From Eledone cirrhosa (lineage: Eukaryota): a stretch of DNA of 64,000 nucleotides. Positions 1-12,253 of the stretch are shown piece after piece. The stretch covers positions 222,332,001 to 222,396,000 of the forward strand of contig OZ024743.1 in NCBI GenBank assembly GCA_964016885.1, given 5' to 3'. How positions within the stretch are numbered: position 1 is the first letter of the stretch; each line of letters starts with the position of its first letter. Made by a program: the position numbers and the translations under genes. The notes below the pieces were generated by a model, which worked only from the letters and a program-made list of their open reading frames with translations, was not told where the DNA came from and did not search any database.

Positions 1-166
1 GTAGACCCCGAGCAAGATGGTTGGATAACATCCATGAACTTGGCTGGTCACACTTAGGGATCCAACCAGATCAGTTGGAGATTGTTGCTTTTGACAGGAC
101 CTGCTAGAAGGAGTGTTTGAGGACTCTGCTCCCATGACCCTCTCAGGAATAAATGAGCGAAGAAGA
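1..166 (+). mobile_element. 3' end of a decayed RTE-clade LINE (Rex3/Expander-like C-terminus)
   Basis: Translates as RPRARWLDNIHELGWSHLGIQPDQLEIVAFDR with stops, resembling the RTE C-terminal GRPRxRW motif; short (GAA)n tail. Confidence 0.55.
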
Positions 167-562
167 TCTTTTAATAAATATAAACACTTTAAAATAAACA
201 GGATTTTGTCGTAAAACCAGGGACAGTTTCAGGCAGTTTGGTATCAAAAGTCTTACACCTTTTATCATGAATGTAAAAATGTTTCTTAACATTGTCCTTA
301 TTGCTATTTCTAAATTCCTTCATATTAAGATGTTGTTAATATTACATAATGTCATTTTCCAATGGCAGATCTCGACATTACAGCAATCTCCACTTTACAG
401 AAGGGTGAGGTGGGGGCTTGATAGTTTTGTTATAATGTGGAATTCCGTGATGTAACACCTATTTTACTATTGACTCCATCTTAGAATTTGAAAAGTGTTT
501 CTGTGGAATATGATTTGAAAAAAACAAACCTAACAGGTACAGTCACAGTGACTGCAGAAGCC

Positions 563-712
<150 letters not shown>

Positions 713-723
713 AAATAAAAGGA

Positions 724-1223
724 TTACAAAGGAGAATATATACTGTTAGAACATGCTTATATAAAAGCACCTACGTACATTTCGCCCGGAAAGGGCTTCT
801 CAGGGGCATAGAAAACTAAAGAGTGTTCAGTACAGGACCCAGAAGGGGTTTTAAGGTGATAATTACTCCCCTTGCTCTGTGACAATAACACTGTGTATGT
901 TTGAACTAAGAATGAACTTTGATGTAATTATCACCTTAAAACCTCTTCTGGGTCCTGTACTGAACACTCTTTAGTTTTCTATGCCCTTGAGAAGCCCTTT
1001 CCGGGCGAAACGTACGTAGGTGCTTTTATATAAACATGTTCTAACAGTATATATTCTCCTTTGTAACCGCTCTGCTTATATTCTTGCCCGCTAAATATTA
1101 ATGCTTCCGATATTTAACCCTGTAGGCACAAGTATTGAGCACATTTGCACAAGCTATTGGCAACTAAATATATGTATCGCTTATCCCTTTAAATCTCTTC
1201 CTTCTCACGATACTTAAATATTC

Positions 1224-1228
<5 letters not shown>
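724..1228. mobile_element. Non-coding foldback insert, probably a Penelope-like pLTR remnant: 143-bp inverted arms 724-866 and 924-1066 plus a unique tail to ~1228, between (TA)n tracts
   Basis: Arms are near-exact reverse complements and contain a hammerhead-like motif. Confidence 0.75.
983..1023 (+). ncRNA. Minimal type I hammerhead ribozyme motif, U3-A8 core variant
   Basis: gccc-TTGAGAA-GCCC tttcc GGGC-GAAA-CGTACG-TA-ggtgc; palindromic stem III (ACGTACGT); weak stem I. Confidence 0.55.
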
Positions 1229-1256
<28 letters not shown>

Positions 1257-1263
1257 GTATATA

Positions 1264-2231
<968 letters not shown>

Positions 2232-2232
2232 G

Positions 2233-2267
<35 letters not shown>

Positions 2268-2296
2268 GTATATATATATATATGTATATATATATG

Positions 2297-2327
<31 letters not shown>

Positions 2328-2404
2328 GTATATATATATATATGTATATATATGTATATATATGTATATATATATATGTATATATATATATATGTATATA
2401 TATG

Positions 2405-2489
<85 letters not shown>

Positions 2490-2490
2490 G

Positions 2491-2566
<76 letters not shown>

Positions 2567-2567
2567 C

Positions 2568-2625
<58 letters not shown>
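2232..2625. repeat. (TA)n / TATG microsatellite
   Basis: Seen directly. Confidence 0.95.
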
Positions 2626-2658
<33 letters not shown>

Positions 2659-3319
2659 TTAACGTCCGTGTTCCATGCTTGCATGGGTTTGGACGGGGGT
2701 TTTCCCACTTGAGGCAAGAGTGATTGTCTTGCTCGCATAGGACTGTCTGGCAGGTTTTCTACAGTTGGATGCCCTTCCTAACACCAACCACGTTTACAGT
2801 GTGGGGCTGGGAGGTTTTTACCGTGTTGCCTACACGGCCACATTACAGCGTGGACTGTGTGTTTTTTTGTCGTGACACCTACACGATCTCATTTGTTTCG
2901 GCCTGGATGGTGTGGCACCAACATAACTTTACATAGAAGGGGGGCGGTGTGGATGGGGTGGTGGTGGTGGGACGGGGGTGTATTTTGTTAGAGATGCCTA
3001 CTGACTGTAGTAGGTTTTACTTTGTATTTAGGTAAGGCGGGTCTTCTCTATTACTGAGTACCGCCAAAGGTCTCGGTCCAGTGACATTGTCTTGGTGAGG
3101 TGTAAGTGTGTGAGGTCAGAGTTTATCAGCTCGTCCCAGGTTTTTCTGGGTCTGCCTATTCCGTGGCTACCGTCTATCTTTATTGCCCTGCACTTTGTTA
3201 TACAGCTATCGTCCTTCATGCGCATCACGTGACCATACCAACGTAGCCTTCTCTCTAGTAAACAACATCTGATCCCTCTTATTTCTAATTTTTTCCTTAG
3301 TTCGTTTATGCTTTGTCGT

Positions 3320-6259
3320 TCACATTATATTACTATTACACATCCAGCGGAGCATGCAAGCTTCGTTTCTCTCTAGTCTGCGTATATCCTCTGCACACAA
3401 TGCCCAGGTCTCACTGCCATGCAACATTGCTGTTCGTATGCAGGCATCATACAACCTGCCTTTCATTTTTAGGGAGAACCCTTTAGCGGCTAATAGTGGT
3501 ATAAGCTCTCTGAACTTTTTCCACCCAGTTCTGACTCTAGCTACTGTACTTTCAGAGCACCCTCCCCCACTGCTGATTTTGTCACCCAGGTAACGGAAGC
3601 TGTCCACTATTTCTATAGAACCCTCTGCGCAGTTGAAAGAGCTAGTATTTTGTGGGCACTTGCTGCTACTTATTGCCCCAGAACACCGGCCACATGTAAA
3701 ATCTATGTTCTTAGTTAGCTTACCTGTGATCCCACTACATCTTTTATGAACCCATACTTTGCATTTGGGACACAAAATGGAATTTCTACCTACGCCTTTC
3801 CTACACTCTGCGCATGGCCACTTCCCGGAGGGGACCGCCGCCTTATTTTCTTTCTTACAAACTAGAACTTTAGTCTTAGCCAGGTTAATTTTAAGGCCTT
3901 TTGATTCTAGCCCGTGCTTCCATGTTTGGAATTTCTTCTCTAGCTCGGCCATTGATTCAGCTATGAGCGTTAGATCATCTGCGTATAGGAGTTCCCATGG
4001 GCAGCCGGTCTTGAACTCCACTGTTATAGCCTGGAGGGCAATAATAAATAGTAGGGGGCTAAGAACAGAGCCCTGATGAACACCAACTTTTACACTAAAC
4101 TCTTCACTATATTTGTTGTTAATTCTAACCTTGCTGACTGTTTCTTTATACATGGCTTGTATAGCTCTCACAAGCCATTCATCGACACCTAGTTTTCTAA
4201 GAGCCCACCAGATAGTGGAACGGGGGACTCTGTCGAAGGCCTTCTCCAAGTCGACGAAAGCTAAGTATAGGGGTTTACTTTTAGCTAGGTACTTCTCCTG
4301 TAGTTGTCGTACAATGAAAAGAGCGTCTGTGGTACTTTTTCCTGACACAAACCCGAACTGCATTTCATCTAGATCAATTCGCTCTCTGATTAGTTGCGCT
4401 ATTACTTTTTCCGTGACCTTCATGACCTGGTCGATTAATTTAATGCCTCTATAGTTACTCCTATCTAGGGCATCTCCTTTACCCTTATAACAGTTAACGA
4501 TAATGCTGCTACGCCAGTCCTTCGGAACAACCCCATTCTGTATGACTTGGTTGACTATCCGGGTGACCATGGTGTGTCCCACCGTACCAGATGCCTTCAG
4601 CATCTCGGCAACTATTTCCGAAGGCCCAGCCGCCTTGCCTGTCTTCATATCTTTGATTGCCTTACTTATTATACTACCCTCGACTAACACTGCTGGTCCC
4701 TCTATTGGGTCGATGTGGGGGAGACTGTCTTTCTCCCATTTATTCTCCTCATTGAGTAGCCTTTCATAGTGACACTTCCAAGCTACCTTCTTATCGGCGT
4801 CGGTGATGGCAAGTACGCCGTCATCGTTAAGTACACACTTCTCCCCGACAATATCACTGTTTTCCTTGACACATTGCCTAGCAATCCTGAACACCTCACG
4901 TTTTTGGTCCTCACGTTGTAGAACATGCTTGAACTTTCTTTCCTCTGCTTCCCTTCTTGCGAAGTACACTTGTCTCCTAGCTTCCCTCCTGGCCACTTGA
5001 TAGTCTTCTCTGCTTCCCCCATCCCGCCATACTTTCCAAGCCTTCTTTTTGGCCTTAATTGACCCCTCCACCTTACTGTTCCACCACCATGTTACTCTCC
5101 TCCTGCCTACAGGCCTGATCCAGCCACAGACTTCGTCTGTCGCCGTCAGCAGGTTTGCTTTCAGGAATTCCCACTGTTCCTCTACCTTGTACGACTCTAT
5201 TTGCTCTTCCTTACTGTCGAAAGCATCAAGTAATATGCTTTGGAATTTATTTTTGGCTGTGGGGTCCTTTAGCTTCCATATTTTTCTCCTGAGGGTAGTC
5301 CTCTTCTGTTGCCTAGTACGTCTCGTCCTGACTATTAGGTCGCTAATTATCAGTCTATGTTGGGAGGTGCATTCTTCATGGGGGAGGGATTTAGTGTTTA
5401 CAACAGTCACTTTGTCACGTCTTCTGGTAAGGATATAATCTACCTGGCTGGTATGTTCCCCTGATCTGTAGGTGATCAAGTGATTGTCTCGTTTTTTGAA
5501 GTTAGTGTTGCAGATAGTTAGGTTATTTGCGTCACAGAATTCCAGGATTCTGGAGCCTTCCTCATTTCTAGTACCAAACCCATAGCCTCCATGGATTTCG
5601 TCGTAGCCGTCACAATGTTGTCCAACGTGACCATTTAGGTCGCCAGCAATAATTATATAGTCACTGTCGGTTATTTGGGAGGTAGTGAGCATCAGTGTCT
5701 CATAGAATCTGTCTTTTATAGTGCTGGGCAGTCCGGATTGGGGTGCGTACGCGGATATTACTGTCACCGTGGTTCTATTGAGGACAAGTCTTATTTTAAT
5801 TATTCTGTCGTTCAATCTATTTACGTCTATTATCTTATCTGCCCACTTTTCTGCTACCATGATTCCTACCCCACCCAGCCCATTGTCATTTCCCACCCAG
5901 AAAAGCTTATAGCATCGTTTTCTACCCACAATGAATCTAGCAGACCCACCCCTCCACCTGGTCTCTTGAATACAACAAACATCGACCTCCTTACGTTCAA
6001 GCATTTCTACAACCTCGTTAGAGCGACCCTTTAAGGTGCCTACATTCAAGGTACCAAATCTGAAGTTTTGGATTGCGTTTGGTGGGTGGGAGCGGTGGGG
6101 CGTGGGGGGAGATGGGGTTGTGTTAGCCATCCGCGGCTGAAACAAAGAGGCATGTTCGCATTCTCGTCCACGAGGTGTGTTTGTCTTTAACTTTGGCATT
6201 GTCGCTGAGCGTCCAGATTTTTCTCTCTTCAACTCTCCGGAACTCCGTAGTCCTTCCAT
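3320..6259 (-). CDS. RTE ORF: AP endonuclease + reverse transcriptase + PHD-like finger; frameshifted near 3325
   Basis: EN motifs GTLNVGTL, CIQETRW, AGDLNGH, SQHRL; RT motifs FVDLEKAFD, GVHQGSVLSP, LYADD; CAEC..CPKC..H..C..CGRC. The remaining C-terminus continues in another frame (3028-3320). Confidence 0.92.
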   Translation of the reverse strand: MEGLRSSGELKREKSGRSATMPKLKTNTPRGRECEHASLFQPRMANTTPSPPTPHRSHPPNAIQNFRFGTLNVGTLKGRSNEVVEMLERKEVDVCCIQETRWRGGSARFIVGRKRCYKLFWVGNDNGLGGVGIMVAEKWADKIIDVNRLNDRIIKIRLVLNRTTVTVISAYAPQSGLPSTIKDRFYETLMLTTSQITDSDYIIIAGDLNGHVGQHCDGYDEIHGGYGFGTRNEEGSRILEFCDANNLTICNTNFKKRDNHLITYRSGEHTSQVDYILTRRRDKVTVVNTKSLPHEECTSQHRLIISDLIVRTRRTRQQKRTTLRRKIWKLKDPTAKNKFQSILLDAFDSKEEQIESYKVEEQWEFLKANLLTATDEVCGWIRPVGRRRVTWWWNSKVEGSIKAKKKAWKVWRDGGSREDYQVARREARRQVYFARREAEERKFKHVLQREDQKREVFRIARQCVKENSDIVGEKCVLNDDGVLAITDADKKVAWKCHYERLLNEENKWEKDSLPHIDPIEGPAVLVEGSIISKAIKDMKTGKAAGPSEIVAEMLKASGTVGHTMVTRIVNQVIQNGVVPKDWRSSIIVNCYKGKGDALDRSNYRGIKLIDQVMKVTEKVIAQLIRERIDLDEMQFGFVSGKSTTDALFIVRQLQEKYLAKSKPLYLAFVDLEKAFDRVPRSTIWWALRKLGVDEWLVRAIQAMYKETVSKVRINNKYSEEFSVKVGVHQGSVLSPLLFIIALQAITVEFKTGCPWELLYADDLTLIAESMAELEKKFQTWKHGLESKGLKINLAKTKVLVCKKENKAAVPSGKWPCAECRKGVGRNSILCPKCKVWVHKRCSGITGKLTKNIDFTCGRCSGAISSSKCPQNTSSFNCAEGSIEIVDSFRYLGDKISSGGGCSESTVARVRTGWKKFRELIPLLAAKGFSLKMKGRLYDACIRTAMLHGSETWALCAEDIRRLERNEACMLRWMCNSNIM

Positions 6260-6311
6260 CCTACATACCGAAGGCGACCAGGTAAGCGATACTATAGGCC
6301 TCTGGCTTATG

Positions 6312-6351
6312 ATTGGTCCACGTGATAATAATGGTGGTGCGTGGGGGCGGG
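6312..6351 (-). promoter_or_regulatory. Candidate internal promoter of the RTE 5' UTR (GC box, E-box CACGTG, CCAAT)
   Basis: Three motifs clustered 50-90 bp upstream of the ORF ATG. Confidence 0.3.
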
Positions 6352-6522
6352 AGGGAGGGGTGATGTAAGTATGTATGTGTGTATGTGTGTGTGTTTTTCA
6401 GGCTTATATTTGTGTCTGTTTATGTATTGTAACTTAGTGATTCAACAAAATAAAGATTGACAAAATAAATACAAGATATTATAAAATACCTGCGGTTGAT
6501 ATGATCAGCTAAATCCCTTTAA

Positions 6523-6743
6523 CCCTTTAGCATTTAAACTGGCCATATCTGGGTATAATTCTCTCACCTCTTTCTGTTCAAACCGGCTGTGTCCGGCCAC
6601 TTATACTGATGTTAAGGTATTGTTCTCAAAATAAATAATATCAAAAGCTCATAGATTTGATATTATGTGAGATATTTATGTGAGGTAAAGCCATTACCAT
6701 GAAAATATAATAATAAATATAGAGTAATGTAAATACTAAAGGG
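6523..6743. mobile_element. piggyBac-type MITE (~220 bp)
   Basis: TTAA on both sides; termini CCCTTTAGCATTTA...TAAATACTAAAGGG; related copies at 38594 and 39186. Confidence 0.8.
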
Positions 6744-7090
6744 TTAACACAGTGTCCCAGCATGGCCACAGTCTAGTGACTAAAACCAGTAAAAGAATAA
6801 AAGAATAAAATCATGACCACTTTTCTGCTTAAAAATAACCATTCTTGAAGTCATAGATTACAATGTAGATGAAAGCATTTGAAGAGAACTCCATTAGGGA
6901 ATAAATAGATATATAATTTTAGCTTTCACTTAACTAACGATTGCATTTATCAGCACATTATGTCCAGTTGCATCATTGATCATTGATCCACATACAATCA
7001 GGAACCGTTCTATATTAAGCAACACATCTGATCTTTAAAAAACAACAATATTTCGACAGTTAATGGAGTAACCTTTGTAAAACATCCAAC

Positions 7091-8960
7091 ACCAATGTTT
7101 CCTTTTTACACTACTGCCCTAATTTATACCAATGTTTCCTTTTTACACTACTGCCCTGTCCTAATTTCTACCAATGTCTCCATTTTACACTACTGTCCTA
7201 ATTTCTACCAATGTCTCCATTTTACACTACTGTCCTAATTTCTACCAATGTCTCCATTTTACACTACTGCCCTAATTTATACCAATGTTTCCTTTTTACA
7301 CTACTGCCCTAATTTATACCAATGTTTCCTTTTTACACTACTGCCCTAATTTATACCAATGTTTCCTTTTTACACTACTGCCCTAATTTATACCAATGTT
7401 TCCTTTTTACACTACTGCCCTATTTTCTACCAATGTTTCCTTTTTACACTACTGCCCTAATTTATACCAATGTTTCCTTTTTACACTACTGCCCTAATTT
7501 CTACCAATGTCTCCATTTTACACTACTGCCCTAATTTATACCAATGTTTCCTTTTTACACTACTGCCCTAATTTATACCAATGTTTCCTTTTTACACTAC
7601 TGCCCTAATTTATACCAATGTTTCCTTTTTACACTACTGCCCTAATTTATACCAATGTTTCCTTTTTACACTACTGCCCTGTCCTATGTTCTACCAATGT
7701 TTCCTTTTTACACTACTGCCCTGTCCTATGTTCTACCAATGTTTCCTTTTTACACTACTGCCCTAATTTATACCAATGTTTCCTTTTTACACTACTGCCC
7801 TAATTTATACCAATGTTTCCTTTTTATACTACTGTCCTAATTTATACCAATGTCTCCATTTTACACTACTGTCCTAATTTCTACCAATGTCTCCATTTTA
7901 CACTACTGTCCTAATTTCTACCAATGTCTCCATTTTACACTACTGTCCTAATTTCTACCAATATCTTCTTTTTATACTACTGTCCTAATTTCTACCAATG
8001 TCTCCTTTTTACACTACTGTCCTAATTTCTACCAATGTCTCCATTTTACACTACTGTCCTATTTTCTACCAATGTTTCCTTTTTACACTACTGTCCTATT
8101 GTCTACCAATGTTTCCTTTTTACACTACTGACCTAATTTATACCAATGTCTCCTTTTTACACTACTGTCCTATTTTCTACTAATGTTTCCTTTTTACACT
8201 ACTGTCCTAATTTATACCAATGCCTTCTTTTTATACTACTGTCCTAATTTATATCAATGTCTCCTTTTTATGCTACTGCCCTTATTTATACCAATGTTCC
8301 CTTTTTATACTACTGTCCAATTTATACCAATGTCCCCTTTTTACACTACTGTCCTAATTTATACCAATGTCTCCTTTTTACACTATTGTCCTAATTTATA
8401 CCAATGTTCCCTTTTTACACTACTGCCATGACCTAATTTATACCAATGTCTCCTTTTTACACTACTGCCATGTCCTAATTTATACCAATGTCTCCTTTTT
8501 AAACTACTTACACTACTGCCCTGTCCTAATTTATACCAATGTCCCTTTTACACCACTGTCCTGACCTAATTTCTACCAATGTCCCCTTTTTTCACCACTG
8601 CCCTGTCCTAATTTCTACCAATGTTTCCTTTTAACACCACTGTCCTGTCCTAATTTCTACCAATGTTTTCTTTTTACACCAGTGCCATGACCTAATTTTT
8701 ACCAATATCTCTTTTTACACTACTGCCTTGTCCTAATTTCTACCAATGTCCCTTTTTACAACACTCCTGACATAATTTCTACCAATGTCCCCTTTTTACA
8801 CCACTGCCCTGACCTAATTTCTACGAATGTCCCCTTTTTACACCACTGTCCTGACCTAATTTCTACCAATGTCCCTTTTTACACCACTGTCCTGACATAA
8901 TTTCTACCAATGTCCCCTTTTTACACCAGTGTCCTGTCCTAAATTCTACTAATGTCTTCT
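7091..8960. repeat. Minisatellite with 37-bp unit (ccaatgtttcctttttacactactgccctaatttata) and 42-bp variants
   Basis: Tandem array seen directly. Confidence 0.95.
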
Positions 8961-9126
8961 TTTCAATCAACTTTAATAACATTTTGTTCCCTGCAAGCTA
9001 ACCTAACAATTCTGCCAATCCACTGTCCTGGGAAGATTTGAACCGTGAATGTACAGTACCAGATCAAATAACTCAATACATTCTGCCCAACACTCTAAAG
9101 ATTCTACCAATCTCCCAGAAAAGTAC

Positions 9127-9180
<54 letters not shown>

Positions 9181-9185
<5 letters not shown>

Positions 9186-12026
9186 GTTCAAGAGTAACCA
9201 ATCTTAAAGAGAGAGATGGAGATAGGAGAGGAGAGATTGGTGAATTAGTTAGAAGCCAAAGCGTAAAGGCATGTGCTCAATGTGCAATATGCAGTAGAAA
9301 GCAGCTAGGTGGCTGGGTTCATGCAGAAGTTAGGCGCGCAGAGCTGGAAATATTCATTAGTTAATCAAAACAAGACCACAAATTTCACAAGGAAGACATT
9401 ATTAAAAGATTGTCAACATATTTTAGTTTGATGTAAGGAATGTAGAGAATAATAATAATAATATTAATAATAATAATGTCCGTTTACAATTGTTTCGCTA
9501 CTTCATATAATATTTCTGGATCAGATGACTATATATCATTATTGATCTGGTTCAGTTGAAAATAATTAACATATTTAAAAACAGAGCGGCTCATCGGAAC
9601 TTCAAAGGATTATAAATTAAAATAAGGAGAGAATGTTACATAATGTAATGTTCCATATATTGGTATTTCACTATGGTGTCCTGGTTGTATCAATTGTCAG
9701 CCATAATCAAGCAGTATTCATCTGTCGAGGCTACAAGTAAAAATGGGGCTAGATGACTATGTTGGGTCAAATATTCTATAACCAATAATGAGATTAACAT
9801 CATACTTATGGCTAGGCTGACCATCATTTATTTCAACGGAGCACTCTGGACTAGAAAATATAGAACAGACAACTTTGACATCATGATGAGCTCAAGTGAC
9901 TCTGCGCAAATCACCGATTTAGTTGGAATTTACCTATTACATAACATCAGAGCCGAAATTCAACCCTTGCAAGGCGGAATATACAGGAACGACGCCCTAT
10001 TCCCAGTCCACAATTGCACTAATCGGGGCATTGATTTGCTAAAAAAACAATTACATAGATTCCTTTAAAATAACGGTCTCTCTATCACCATCGAGCCGAA
10101 CCATAAAGTAGTAAACTTCCTAGACGTCACCCTGGATCTCAACAATAAACCAGGTGAAATACTCACATATATTAGCCCACACTCTAACCACCCACCGGCA
10201 GTCATCAGAGCAGTAATCAAATCTATCTCGTATAGGATCTCCACGCTATCAGCAAATGAGGAGATATTTATAAACCATGCACAATATTATAATAAGGCTT
10301 TTTCTGAATCTGGTTATGAACAATCCATTTACTACATACCTAAATGCCATAACACAGCAATTCGCCATAATAAACTTAACACTAGAACTAGAAATACCTT
10401 AGCATATAGCCAGATTCGCCGGAATTTTAGCAGTAACAGCACCTATACAGGGAAGTTTAATGGTGGCAGCGGCCTGCTCCCAACTCCAAGTAGCAAATTA
10501 AAAATCAACCCTAGAATAGGAATGAGAAATGGGATGACAAATGACAAATCCCCAGGTAATAATAACCCTAGGAAGGCCTCTACCAACTCCACTAGAACCC
10601 CTAGAAGGAATAGACCTAGAAATATCACCTGGTTTAACCCCCCATTGTCATCTAATCTAGCCACTAATATCCCTAAACGCTTCTTCTCTATCCTATCTAA
10701 AGATTTCCCCCCAATCATAGATATTACAAACTCTTTAATAAAAATAACATTAAAATCTCATTCTCCACAACACCTAACCTAGCTAGCCACATCGCATTCA
10801 GTAACCATCATAAACTAAGACAGTATAACTCCCACACCGCGGTACCACCACCCCTATCAAATACACCACGCCACTACACCAATAATTACTCTAGTAGCAC
10901 ACCTCCCCCATCTAATCCTTCTAGCACTGACCAACCGCTTAGGTTAAACTACCCTACTCTCACTAACCGCAGAAGCAACTGCAACTGCCGTTACCCTAAT
11001 GCATGCCCATTAAATGGACACTGCCTGACACCCAACATAGTCTATAGGTGCACGGTTAAAACTGCTTCGAATACCAGCTCTTATATCGGGTCTACCTCTA
11101 ACCCTTTTAAGGTACGCTATAACGCGCACTCTTTTTCCTTCCGAGACCCTAGCAACAGATGTTCGACATCTCTAGCTAGGCTCATTAAAAACCTTAAATT
11201 AACCAACATTGAGCACCCACTAAAATGGGATATCGTAGCTAGGGCCCAACCGTTCAATGGACGAAGAAAATCTGTGATCTTTGTATTACCGAAGCATATT
11301 ACATAACTCTATCACGACCTCTACCGATTAACTATAGAACGGAGGTAACTATTAGCTGTCAACATCGAAGGGCTAATTCCTTCGCCAATAGAATATTTGA
11401 CCCAACATAGTCATCTAGCCCCATTTTTACTTGTAGCTAATAAGTTAAATAGCTATAACTAACTTAGATAATTATAAGTTACCTCCCTTACATTGTCTCT
11501 CAATTAAATAATTTAAAAATTAGCACTTAAATATAAACCACCCACAATTTCTAATCTCTTGAGGAGTTACTTCCCCTGAAACCACCCTCTAATTAGTAAG
11601 GTAAATATGTCCTTTGGCGGCCATCTTGTTACCCATAGGCAGATCTCACACAATGCAGCCTCGACAGATGAATACTGCTTGATTATGGCTGACAATTGAT
11701 ACAACCAGGACACCATAGTGAAATACCAATATATGAAACATTACATTATGTAACATTCTCTCCTTATTTTAATTTATATTCCTTTGAAGTTCTGATGAGC
11801 CACTCTGTTTTTAAATATGTTAATTATTTTCAACTGAACCAAATCAATAATGATATATAGTCATCTGATCCAGAAATATTATATGGAGTAGCGAAACAAT
11901 TGTAAACGGACATTATTATTATTAATATTATTATTCTCTACATTCCTTACATCAAACTAAAATATGTTGACAATCTTTTAATAATGTCTTCCTTGTGAAA
12001 TTTGTGGTCTTGTTTTGCTTAACTAA

Positions 12027-12033
<7 letters not shown>
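9181..12033 (+). mobile_element. 5'-truncated Penelope-like element (probably Naiad-type) with inverted pLTRs 9350-9732 and 11657-12033
   Basis: Decayed RT (FDIMMSSSDSAQITDLVG, GIYRNDAL, VNFLDVTLDL), RNITWFNPP, GIY-YIG (CNCR..CPL..CL..NIVY..SYIGST..CDLC..E..CQHR); flanked by (TA)n. Confidence 0.88.
11789..11907 (+). ncRNA. Hammerhead ribozyme motif with greatly expanded stem II
   Basis: gtt-CTGATGA-GCCACTC...GAGTAGC-GAAA-CAATTG-TA-aac. Confidence 0.5.

Positions 12034-12082
<49 letters not shown>
12034..12082. repeat. (TA)n microsatellite between two PLEs
   Basis: Seen directly. Confidence 0.95.
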
Positions 12083-12089
<7 letters not shown>

Positions 12090-12217
12090 GTGAGGTTTTT
12101 TTACAAAATGAAAAATAAACGGTGTCCTACACGAGTGAAAGTATAAAGAAAAAAAGATGAAATCGAAAATGCAACTGGAGTTTTATTTTTTTTTAAATAT
12201 ATATATTTATTTGGTTC

Positions 12218-12253
12218 CTTTACCGGTTTCGCAGTTCTTCTGCTTTTCAAAAG
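12218..12253 (-). ncRNA. Minimal hammerhead ribozyme motif, U3-A8 variant; mirror copy 17411-17446 (+) has a U16.1>C change
   Basis: ctt-TTGAAAA-GCAG aagaa CTGC-GAAA-CCGG-TA-aag. Confidence 0.6.

Larger units (their letters stand above)
2625..6368 (-). mobile_element. Near-full-length RTE-clade non-LTR retrotransposon with (GAT)n tail
   Basis: Single large ORF with AP endonuclease and RT, 3' UTR, and a microsatellite tail abutting (TA)n. Confidence 0.93.

Noticed and set aside
364-410. Possible small exon (cag|...AAGG|gtgagg)
   Set aside because: Too short, no homology or partner exons visible.
7091-8960. CRISPR-like 37-bp periodicity
   Set aside because: Pure tandem repeat with no spacers, no cas genes, eukaryotic context.
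10970-11410. Selenocysteine recoding reported for some Naiad PLEs (also checked 44424-45008)
   Set aside because: Conserved Cys positions use TGC/TGT; no in-frame TGA at those sites.
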